IMG/VR virus record: IMGVR_UViG_3300024308_000016
Coordinates: 62,001-126,000 of that record
Strand: one strand, 5' to 3'
DNA length: 64,000 nucleotides
Part shown: one piece after another, positions 48,768 to 56,648 of the stretch
How positions within the stretch are numbered: the stretch's first letter is position 1
How the letters are laid out: every line of letters starts with the position of its first letter
Position numbers and translations under genes: made by a program
Notes under the pieces: generated by a model
The model's database searches: none
What the model saw: the letters and a program-made list of their open reading frames with translations, nothing else
Told to the model about the DNA's origin: nothing

Positions 48768-49139
48768 ATGACAGAACAAATCTCCTCTCCCCTGGACAAC
48801 TTCCACGCTGAGCTCAACAAGCTCAAGAGCAGTGTGGGTTCCTCCAAAGACCACCCCATCCGCAACCTGTCAGCCAAAACCGCTGACCCCAGCTTGTCTC
48901 AGCACTACCGCCAGATGGCTGCTGTGGTGCGTACGGGCACTGCCGCCGAGGTGCTGCCTGGCGTATGCCTGGCACTGATGGCGGTGAAGATGGACGATAT
49001 CCCCGTCAATCCCATCTACGGCAAGGTCACCGCACTGATCACTCACACGGAGGTGCTCGCCAAGATCGATGAGTTCCTGCGCTCCACCCCCAAACAGCTC
49101 AATGCCAAGTACGGCAAAGACCTCACCATCAAGGCGTAA
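48768..49139 (+). CDS. NPxYGK-family paralog 7
   Basis: VNPIYGKVTALITHTE; higher GC than paralogs 1-6. Confidence 0.7.
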   Translation: MTEQISSPLDNFHAELNKLKSSVGSSKDHPIRNLSAKTADPSLSQHYRQMAAVVRTGTAAEVLPGVCLALMAVKMDDIPVNPIYGKVTALITHTEVLAKIDEFLRSTPKQLNAKYGKDLTIKA

Positions 49140-49145
49140 TTCATC

Positions 49146-49757
49146 ATGACTCACTATTACAAACTGGCCGATCTCCAGGAGATCGCCAAGCACAATGCAG
49201 GGGGTTACTTCACTGGCGAGTGTGTCCAAGTCTGGACGGGTCTGAGTGTGATGTTGTCGGGCTATCCAGAGGTGCAGTCTCTGTCTACGGAAAACGGGCT
49301 GCTCGTGCGTCCCAAAGGTCGGACTGCTTACCGCATCATGGTGCTGAACGTTCGCTACTACGCCGATGGCGAATGGCACACCAAGGAGATCCGTTACAAC
49401 CGCTACCGTCCCATCGACGGAGGCTTTCCAGCCAGTGGGGAAGATACCGTCGTGCCGCTGCGGATACTGGACTACCTGCAAGGCCAGGGCGTGGGAAAGC
49501 CCGGTGAGTACGATGAGCTCAGGTTGTTCTTCAAGCGATTCATGGGCCGGGAGTACAGACTGGGGGACTTCCGTGCTCTGATGGAAGTATGGTGGGGCTG
49601 CAAGTACTTCGACCACCACTACTGGGCGATCGATGGCAGCAGCTACTCCTTTCACCGGGATCGTCATGTCCGCATGATGCAGATGGCCAAGACCAATCCC
49701 GTTGCCAAGGAGATGATGCTGCACCACAAAGTACCCATCACGGAGGAACGCAAGTGA
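49146..49757 (+). CDS. hypothetical protein
   Basis: 203 aa; operon continuity. Confidence 0.7.
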   Translation: MTHYYKLADLQEIAKHNAGGYFTGECVQVWTGLSVMLSGYPEVQSLSTENGLLVRPKGRTAYRIMVLNVRYYADGEWHTKEIRYNRYRPIDGGFPASGEDTVVPLRILDYLQGQGVGKPGEYDELRLFFKRFMGREYRLGDFRALMEVWWGCKYFDHHYWAIDGSSYSFHRDRHVRMMQMAKTNPVAKEMMLHHKVPITEERK

Positions 49758-50005
49758 AAGATGTGCTCCTAAAGCGTATGAGCCTGCGGGCTGCTGCTAA
49801 TGCGGTTCTCATCGCGTACGACCCCGAGTCTGATGCGCCAGATGCTCCCATCCAGGGAGTATCCCGGCAGCTCGACCGCAAGATCAAGGAAGCATTCGGG
49901 GAGACGCCTCAAGTAGAGGCTGACCCACTGCCTCCGCCTATCCGACCCAAGCGCGGAATCCCGTTGTCGGGACGAGAGCCTTGGTATCACAGCTACCGTC
50001 GATAG
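49754..50005 (+). CDS. small hypothetical protein
   Basis: GTGA coupling; GGAGG upstream. Confidence 0.6.
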   Translation: MKDVLLKRMSLRAAANAVLIAYDPESDAPDAPIQGVSRQLDRKIKEAFGETPQVEADPLPPPIRPKRGIPLSGREPWYHSYRR

Positions 50006-50034
50006 TTGTGTCATAAGCCAGACAAAGCACATCC

Positions 50035-50070
50035 CCTACACTCCCAGACCGCGAGGTCTGGGAGTGTAGG
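50035..50070 (+). terminator. long hairpin
   Basis: CCTACACTCCCAGACC-GCGA-GGTCTGGGAGTGTAGG, perfect 16 bp stem. Confidence 0.65.
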
Positions 50071-50162
50071 TTTGGATTGGATGCGTAGGTAAGCGTGTTT
50101 CCACACGCCCACCCCGCCAGTGACCACTGGCTAAAGTTGCTTGTACTTTATTTTTTGTCCCC

Positions 50163-50200
50163 TTTGTGGAAGTTTTCAGTCACATATACTCTACTTGAGG
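50163..50200 (+). promoter_or_regulatory. phage promoter copy P6
   Basis: TTTGTGG-N8-AGTCACATATACTCTACTTGAGG. Confidence 0.75.
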
Positions 50201-50242
50201 CACACCGCTTCAATATCTTTGTTCGCTAACTGAAAGACTCAA

Positions 50243-50851
50243 ATGACCAGCAAGCCCCTGAACATCGCAGCTGCCCAGATTCCTGCCCCTGATACGACTC
50301 CCACTCGTTCGCGCTTTAACTTCCCGCGGGTGGCCGAGGACGCCCGCTACGATGACCGCGACTACTGTGGCCGTGACCATGAACGTGAAGAGCGTACCCG
50401 TGAACGCGAAGACCTGGCCCGTGAACGTGACCTCGAACGCGCTGACCGCGATCGTGAACGCGCAGACCGTGCTCGTGCTCGTGACGACCGCCGCCGCGAA
50501 CGTGACTACGGCCGCTCCAGCGACGCCTATCGCTGTGCCCGCATCTCGGCACCCAGTCGCCATACGCCCGTGCTCAACGGCGTAGACTTGAGTATCGCTG
50601 AGCAGCGCTTCCTCAACGATCGCGTCCAGGCCATGAGCGAAGAGATCCTGGACCTGATGGCCTATGCCGAGAACACCCGTGAGCGCATTGCCCGTGAGCA
50701 GCGTCTGCTGGCTGATCGTCTGGTTGAGATCAAGGAGTTGACTGTGCTTCGTGACGCCGGACTGGAGCGCCTGAGCGCGATGCTGACCAAGCCGGCTCCC
50801 GCTCCTGCTCCTGCTGCTCCGCTTGAAGTCCCGACGTCCGATACACCTTGA
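50243..50851 (+). CDS. R/D/E mixed-charge low-complexity and coiled-coil protein
   Basis: RDHEREERTREREDLARERDLERADRDRER segment, then a helical region and a PAPAPA tail. Confidence 0.75.
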   Translation: MTSKPLNIAAAQIPAPDTTPTRSRFNFPRVAEDARYDDRDYCGRDHEREERTREREDLARERDLERADRDRERADRARARDDRRRERDYGRSSDAYRCARISAPSRHTPVLNGVDLSIAEQRFLNDRVQAMSEEILDLMAYAENTRERIAREQRLLADRLVEIKELTVLRDAGLERLSAMLTKPAPAPAPAAPLEVPTSDTP

Positions 50852-50891
50852 TAGTGGCCGATATCCGATGGCCTAGTACAAAGGAGTAGTT

Positions 50892-51089
50892 ATGCCATCG
50901 ACTTCGAAGAAGCAAGAGAACTTCATGCGGGCTGTGGCCCACAACAAGGAGTTCGCTGACAAAGTGGGAGTTGACCAAAAGGTCGGCGAAGACTTTGAAG
51001 CCGCCGATAAGGCGCAATCGCCCCAAAAGCGGGCAGCCAAGCCTGAAAAGGCCAAGAGCTCCAACGAGAGCTTCCTCAAACGCTGGTGA
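50892..51089 (+). CDS. small conserved phage protein
   Basis: AAGGAG upstream; MPSTSKKQENFMRAVAHNKEFADKVGV matches a widespread phage family of unknown function. Confidence 0.7.
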   Translation: MPSTSKKQENFMRAVAHNKEFADKVGVDQKVGEDFEAADKAQSPQKRAAKPEKAKSSNESFLKRW

Positions 51090-51170
51090 TCCCAGCTCCC
51101 TCATCTCCGGCAGCCTTCGGGCTGTCGGAGGTATTGTTTTTTGTCGTCCTCTAATAGAAAGTCCCTGATC

Positions 51171-51422
51171 ATGTCCGCTGCTGACAACAAGACCTCCATC
51201 TCCAAGATCGAACCCAACACCTACACGCTGTACTGGCTCGACGGCGTGCGCGAAGTGATCCGCGGCGATGACATCGCCCAGGCCTTCGTGAATGCAGGCT
51301 ATGGCGACGGCTCCCTGCGCGCTGTGGATATGTGGCGCTGGGGCAATGATACCGAATATGTCTGGGACAAGGCCAAGCGCGTCTGGGTGCGTGACATCAA
51401 CTCCTTGGTGGGTGCCGAATGA
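51171..51422 (+). CDS. small conserved phage protein
   Basis: AATAGAAAG at 51153; YTLYWLDG..AQAF..AGYG.G motif. Confidence 0.7.
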   Translation: MSAADNKTSISKIEPNTYTLYWLDGVREVIRGDDIAQAFVNAGYGDGSLRAVDMWRWGNDTEYVWDKAKRVWVRDINSLVGAE

Positions 51423-51697
51423 TGGAACGCAAGACAGCCAAGCAAATGCGCGAAGAACTTCACCAGCTGGAGGACTTTTACTCAGACGCATTCTTCACCG
51501 TGATGTCGGTGATTTTTCTCGGATTCATCGCCTTCATGGGGGCGATGATCTGGTTCGGTATCCAAGAAGTCCAGGAAAAAGGCATGCGCTCTGGACTTCT
51601 GGTAGTGTTCGTCCTTGGTCCGATCACGATCAGCGCATGCCTGAAAGCTTTATGGGACCATTGGCGCGTGGTCTTCCGTCGTCTCTTTACCCGTTAA
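51419..51697 (+). CDS. small two-TM membrane protein
   Basis: ATGA coupling; two hydrophobic helices. Confidence 0.7.
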   Translation: MMERKTAKQMREELHQLEDFYSDAFFTVMSVIFLGFIAFMGAMIWFGIQEVQEKGMRSGLLVVFVLGPITISACLKALWDHWRVVFRRLFTR

Positions 51698-51730
51698 CTT
51701 CTCATCTCTATATAGAAAGGTCTATCCACC

Positions 51731-52948
51731 ATGGTCAATCCCGCTACCGCCATCCCCCGCAGCCAATGGAAGTTCCCCATCGGTCCTGATCGCGACACGA
51801 ATGCGTTCTTCTTGTTTCACTCTGTGCGGTCCGTGACTGCCGACGAGAACCGCGCCGCAGAAGTGGTGCTGCTCGACGCGCTGGTGCAGCACGCTAAAAA
51901 TGAGCTCAAGGAGGCTGAGGCCGTCGCTACTTTGCGCATCATCCAGACCTACGGCACCACGGAGCTGTGGGCGGGCGAGTCCGTCCGCAGCCTGGTGCTC
52001 CTCGTGCGGGAATACATGGACGCCAAAGTAAATGCTGCGCCTGCGAACTCCGAGTTCGACCGATACAAAACGCGGGTCATCGCCATGGCGCGCATCAAGA
52101 GCCCTCAGGACGTCCTGCATGAGATGCGCAAGTGGAGTGCTCGCCACATCGCGGTCGCCAGTGTAACGATCCAGCATCTGAAGGTGGTACGTGACGCCTT
52201 TTGCCTGACGGTGGGATTTTCCCAGTACCTGGAGGCGTTCAACGAGGAGATGGAGCGCATCTGCAAAGACGCCGGCATCGTCAACCGCGCTCCGGCCCTG
52301 TTCAAGACCGAGGACAAGGAGTTCCACGCGAGCTACAAGAATATCGATCACCTCTTGACGGTCGACTTCCTGACTAAGGTGCCCCTGGTTCTGCAAAAGC
52401 TCAGCCATTCTACCGATCCCCAGTTCTCGGACATCATGGTGCTGGTCGATTCGTTCAAGCGCACGATAGGCTACCAGGAGCTGCAAGGCAGTCTGCTGCC
52501 CCTGATCATCGGGCACGTCGATTACCTCAAGAGTCAGGGCGCCTGGATCGACAATGACCGTGGCGTGCCTGGCCCTCCTGTGGAAATCCCTGAACGCCTG
52601 GCCAAACAGCTGTACGCGTTCAACGAAGCGCTGGTCACCAAAAAGCCAGCCTGGGCGCTGAGTGTGTTTCGGATCATCAGCAAGTCCATCGCTGAGCAGC
52701 CGGCAGATGTTCAGGCGGCTGCGTTCACCAAGCTCAAGGCTCTGAGTGTGGACTTCCCCACGTTCACACGCCTGAACCTGGCTATGGCGCGCCGTCGCGC
52801 TACAGGTGAGCTCTTCAAGGCCATCGACACCATGAGTCGCACGCTGGGCCTGGATCCTCACCTGAGTGATGCTGAGGCCGGTATGGGGCTGGATCGGGAG
52901 ATCGAAGCGACTGTGGAGTTCATCATCGAGACCTTCAACCGCCGTTGA
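51731..52948 (+). CDS. hypothetical helical protein
   Basis: 405 aa; TAGAAAGG upstream. Confidence 0.8.
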   Translation: MVNPATAIPRSQWKFPIGPDRDTNAFFLFHSVRSVTADENRAAEVVLLDALVQHAKNELKEAEAVATLRIIQTYGTTELWAGESVRSLVLLVREYMDAKVNAAPANSEFDRYKTRVIAMARIKSPQDVLHEMRKWSARHIAVASVTIQHLKVVRDAFCLTVGFSQYLEAFNEEMERICKDAGIVNRAPALFKTEDKEFHASYKNIDHLLTVDFLTKVPLVLQKLSHSTDPQFSDIMVLVDSFKRTIGYQELQGSLLPLIIGHVDYLKSQGAWIDNDRGVPGPPVEIPERLAKQLYAFNEALVTKKPAWALSVFRIISKSIAEQPADVQAAAFTKLKALSVDFPTFTRLNLAMARRRATGELFKAIDTMSRTLGLDPHLSDAEAGMGLDREIEATVEFIIETFNRR

Positions 52949-53010
52949 TCGGCTTCATGCCTGGGGCACCTGCTCCAGGCACTTCCCAACCCTCTAATAG
53001 AAAGTTCGAT

Positions 53011-54048
53011 ATGTCCAAAGACCGCAAGACCGCCATCAGTGAGATGATCGCTCGCTTCGATCTCTATAAGACCGAGGCGGGGATTATCCCTGTCCATCTG
53101 TCGCTGTTGATCATCTCCACGGCCTCGATACGTGGGCAGCTGCGCCGTTGGGTCGACAGCCAAGAGCCCTCCCAGGCTTTCCTGGCTGCCGTCGAAGCAT
53201 TCAAGGTCGAAGCCAACAATCTGAGCGACGGCTTTCGCAAAATCGTCGAGACGGCTATCTCAGCTCGGGCTAATCCCTCGGTTGATTCCCTGGAATACCT
53301 GCAGCGGGACCTGCAGGCTTTGGCCTCGGATGTCTATCACTTCAAGTGGACGATCCCTCACCTGCTGATCACGGCTTTGGGGATCAACTACACCGTGCTT
53401 GAGTCTGTGACTCAGGTCAGCAATGACATCAACTGCTGTGTGCGGGCGATCGAGACTGAAGGTGTGACAGGGTGCTCGTTCATGGAGGACGCTAGCTTCG
53501 GTGCTAAGCGTCTGAGCCAAGAGCGCGAAAAGCTGCGTATCATCATCTCTGGCATCATCGACCACCTCAATCGCTACCTGACCAACAAGTCCGAGGGCTA
53601 CAGCGGCACTCCCAGGCAGCGTACGGACGCACTGCTCGCCCGTATCCATCAGCTGCCGACGGAGCAAGGCAAGTTCGTCAAGGAGTACCTTCGATGGGCA
53701 GCTACGGGCTTTCACACGTTCCATGGAAGGATCGAAGATGTATTGCGGGCTCTGAACCCAGGCCGTGAGCACTATCGCCAGGACTTCACTGCGTTGACGG
53801 GAATAACCACCCAGCAGCTGGGGTTGCTGAAGGAGCGTTACAGCCAAAGGGAAAAGGCTGCCGATGAGCTCGAAGCCTTCAGCCAGTTGGGTGGAGTGCG
53901 GGCTCCTGGTCTGACGGGCATTGAAGCTCGCTACTGGCGCGATCAGATCAACCAGCTCAGTGCACTCATCCAGGCCCAGGTGTCTGACTCTTTGCTGTGG
54001 GCTCAAAGCCAGCCCATGTACCAGGGATTGGATCCGACCGCTCTGTAG
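53011..54048 (+). CDS. hypothetical helical protein
   Basis: AATAGAAAG at 52996. Confidence 0.75.
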   Translation: MSKDRKTAISEMIARFDLYKTEAGIIPVHLSLLIISTASIRGQLRRWVDSQEPSQAFLAAVEAFKVEANNLSDGFRKIVETAISARANPSVDSLEYLQRDLQALASDVYHFKWTIPHLLITALGINYTVLESVTQVSNDINCCVRAIETEGVTGCSFMEDASFGAKRLSQEREKLRIIISGIIDHLNRYLTNKSEGYSGTPRQRTDALLARIHQLPTEQGKFVKEYLRWAATGFHTFHGRIEDVLRALNPGREHYRQDFTALTGITTQQLGLLKERYSQREKAADELEAFSQLGGVRAPGLTGIEARYWRDQINQLSALIQAQVSDSLLWAQSQPMYQGLDPTAL

Positions 54049-54051
54049 ACC

Positions 54052-54394
54052 GAAGGTGTAAACTAAAGATACACTTTTGTATATAGAGTGGCGGTGATAG
54101 CACCTGACCAAAAGACCCGGGCACCCGAAAGGGAGCTCGGGCCCCCACTCCCAGCAGCACTCGAAGAACACTCCGAACACTCCAGCTCACTCCAGTCACT
54201 CCAATCCTAGCGTAGCTTTACTCTGTAAAGCGAAGCTCTGATTAGCTAGAGCAGGGAACCATGCTCTAGCAACTGTGGTGTGCTCGCTAGTGAGCGTAGA
54301 TCTCAAGAGTACACACTACAGCCTGAGGATCAACTTTGAGCTGTAATAGCTGATGAGCAAAGGACTCAACCTACAACACAAGGAACTCGTACCC
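54052..54394. ncRNA. candidate structured non-coding RNA or leader with six CACTC(C/G) repeats
   Basis: No convincing ORF; consecutive hairpins, one with a GAAA tetraloop; repeats at 54146, 54158, 54169, 54178, 54188, 54197. Confidence 0.45.
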
Positions 54395-54508
54395 ATGACT
54401 CGTATCCTGCAGATCGCCGATGCGATCTTCTCCCCTATCTGCCTGATCATCGTAGCTGGCGCTGGCTTGGCCATGTGCTACGCTTTGGGACAGCTCATGC
54501 GTTTGTAA
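54395..54508 (+). CDS. 37-aa single-TM peptide (below the ORF-track cutoff)
   Basis: AAGGA upstream; MTRILQIADAIFSPICLIIVAGAGLAMCYALGQLMRL; followed by two hairpins. Confidence 0.6.
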   Translation: MTRILQIADAIFSPICLIIVAGAGLAMCYALGQLMRL

Positions 54509-54629
54509 GCGCCTAGGCCATCGACTTGCCGTATACACTACGGCAGTACCTCCACCACAGTCCCCTACTAAGAGGGGACTGTGGTGGGTGTATGTTGTGT
54601 ACTTAAATAGAAAGGTAAGGTAGAGTGTT

Positions 54630-54899
54630 ATGCAGGCAATTATAATCGCTGTATGTGCGGCGGTGGGACTTATGGTCTCTGTGGGGTGTGCGTTTATGCC
54701 CGCTTACAGCAAAGCTGCTGGTCTGATGATCGATGGCAAGATAAGCCACGAGCAGTTCGATCGGGTGATACTGAAGTACAAAGTACTGTACTCTGCGCTG
54801 GGCTGGCCTGTATATACAGGTGTGGTGGGTTCATTGGTGCTGGCTTTTCTGTATATCGCTGACTTGTTTGATCAAGTCGGTATGTTGATTGGAGGATAA
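54630..54899 (+). CDS. small two-TM membrane protein
   Basis: AATAGAAAG at 54606; two hydrophobic helices. Confidence 0.65.
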   Translation: MQAIIIAVCAAVGLMVSVGCAFMPAYSKAAGLMIDGKISHEQFDRVILKYKVLYSALGWPVYTGVVGSLVLAFLYIADLFDQVGMLIGG

Positions 54900-54903
54900 G
54901 AAA

Positions 54904-55182
54904 ATGGCTGTACATGTGTTTTGGGTGCTTATAAGCATCGTAGGCGCTATAGTGGCAGTGATGGGTGTATGGATGGGGTATATGCAGGCTGGGCACTATC
55001 GGCGTGACCTGAGCCTGCAGTACGGTCACTGGCACGTATTGAGCCGTGAGCAAGAGCGCAGGGCTTTGTGGATATGGATCAAAGGCACTATCGGCGGGGG
55101 CGTGGTGATAGCGTTGATGGCTGCGGTGACTCTGTGGCCTATACTGCTGACTGAATATAACCGCATGGTAACTGGGGGATAA
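54904..55182 (+). CDS. small two-TM membrane protein
   Basis: GGAGG upstream; two hydrophobic helices. Confidence 0.65.
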   Translation: MAVHVFWVLISIVGAIVAVMGVWMGYMQAGHYRRDLSLQYGHWHVLSREQERRALWIWIKGTIGGGVVIALMAAVTLWPILLTEYNRMVTGG

Positions 55183-55186
55183 GAAG

Positions 55187-55474
55187 ATGACTGATTACGA
55201 CAAGGCGATAGTATTGGTGGTGATGTGGTGCACGGGAGTGACGGTGCTCGCCTTCATGATAGCCTATATGGTCAATGGCTCGGCGTATGTGGAGCGCTGC
55301 AAACGTCGCGATGGCGGGGGCTACTTCTACGAGATGCATGAGCGCGACCAGCCGGGCAAGCTGCTGTACTGCGCCAAGTGGGTGCCGGTATGGTGGGTGG
55401 CGATCGCTGTCATCTACATCGGTCTGTTTGCCAGTGAGGCGATGTTTGTATACCGGACACTGACCGCTGGATAA
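55187..55474 (+). CDS. small two-TM membrane protein
   Basis: Two hydrophobic helices flanking a loop with two Cys. Confidence 0.65.
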   Translation: MTDYDKAIVLVVMWCTGVTVLAFMIAYMVNGSAYVERCKRRDGGGYFYEMHERDQPGKLLYCAKWVPVWWVAIAVIYIGLFASEAMFVYRTLTAG

Positions 55475-55513
55475 AGGCAGCTAGACAAGCTCCTCCTAAA
55501 TAGAAAGGACTAA

Positions 55514-55939
55514 GTGTATATGGTATCGGTCTATGTGCCGCTCTCAGTGGAGCGTAATGATCGCACATGTATGCATGTGCAGATACTGGAGCATGACTGC
55601 AAAAGCGAGAAGCTTATCGGTCTGACCGTACAGGAGAAGGGCCCAGTGGCAGGGAGATGGTTCAAACTTCCCACTACTGGACGGATGTACAGGTTCAATG
55701 AGGAAGATCGGGAAACATACATGGGTCAGAAACTCATGTTCCGCTCTCCCATGACGTGCTCGACTGAAGGAGGCTTTTGCACAGTGTGCACAGGCGCTCC
55801 TATGGGCGTGATCGAGAGATCGGTCGAGCCCAACCGCTGGGACCAGCGCTACAGTAGCATACGGCAAGAACGCCTGCAGATGCTCGAATCCAACCGCAAA
55901 TTCAAACGTGTAATCAAGAAAGACAGGAAACAATCATGA
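55514..55939 (+). CDS. stand-alone RNA polymerase beta-prime zinc-binding domain homolog
   Basis: EHDC...GR...RSPMTCSTEGGFCTVCTG reproduces the beta-prime DC...RS.x.C-x6-C-x2-C.G Zn site; AATAGAAAG at 55499. Confidence 0.65.
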   Translation: MYMVSVYVPLSVERNDRTCMHVQILEHDCKSEKLIGLTVQEKGPVAGRWFKLPTTGRMYRFNEEDRETYMGQKLMFRSPMTCSTEGGFCTVCTGAPMGVIERSVEPNRWDQRYSSIRQERLQMLESNRKFKRVIKKDRKQS

Positions 55940-56487
55940 AGAAGATCCATCGCACCATCGCTCAACTGCAAGCATCGGCCATCTTGCGTGGCCTCAAATA
56001 CCGGGACCGTAAGCGTCAAGCGCCGGTATACCGTGATGAGCACGGCAAGCGCTTCATACCGCAGAAGATCGTCTCGCCTGCGTTCATCAACAAGCAAGAC
56101 AACGCGTGGAACCAGATGCGTGATATGGCCAAGCATGCCAGTATCTACCAGCTCGCCCGCATGTTCCGCTACCTGTATAATAGCGACCGGAGCATGATGG
56201 CCTTGTGCAGCTACACGCCGGATCCGGAGACTGCGTATTGCTATCACCGCAAGGGCGCACTGATGCGGGTTCCGGGCAAGAGCGTGCTGGACAGCGTGTT
56301 CTTTTCCAACTGCAAGGATGCCATGGCCATTGCAATGCTGGGTACGGGCTGGTACGACAAGGTACAAATGCTGCGCCGAGAGAACTGGGAGAGCTATGAC
56401 ATACTAGTCACAGATGACTCTCCTGATGTCGACTGGTCCGAGATCAGCGTAAAGAAGGCCGCTATCGCGGCTCAAGAGCAGGCATAA
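55936..56487 (+). CDS. hypothetical protein
   Basis: ATGA coupling; followed by hairpin and T tract 56494-56540. Confidence 0.7.
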   Translation: MKKIHRTIAQLQASAILRGLKYRDRKRQAPVYRDEHGKRFIPQKIVSPAFINKQDNAWNQMRDMAKHASIYQLARMFRYLYNSDRSMMALCSYTPDPETAYCYHRKGALMRVPGKSVLDSVFFSNCKDAMAIAMLGTGWYDKVQMLRRENWESYDILVTDDSPDVDWSEISVKKAAIAAQEQA

Positions 56488-56593
56488 CTGACCCTCCCAG
56501 ACCCTCACGGGTCTGGGAGTGGTGTACCTTCTTTTTTTGTCTGCAATAGGATATACAAAAACAAACACACAACTTTATAGATTGTGCGGGGCC

Positions 56594-56631
56594 TTTGTAA
56601 CGCGCCATGGTCACTTAAACCTTACTTGAGG
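56594..56631 (+). promoter_or_regulatory. phage promoter copy P7, heading the nvRNAP gp68/PicA operon
   Basis: TTTGTAA-N8-GGTCACTTAAACCTTACTTGAGG. Confidence 0.75.
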
Positions 56632-56648
56632 AAAGACCCTCGGTTTAA

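Noticed and set aside
43844-49757. Degenerate nucleotidyltransferase folds in 43844-44359 and 49146-49757
   Set aside because: Only vague resemblance; no intact GS/DxD signature
54146-54202. CRISPR-like mini array
   Set aside because: Repeats are 6 nt with 3-6 nt gaps, far too short; no cas genes seen
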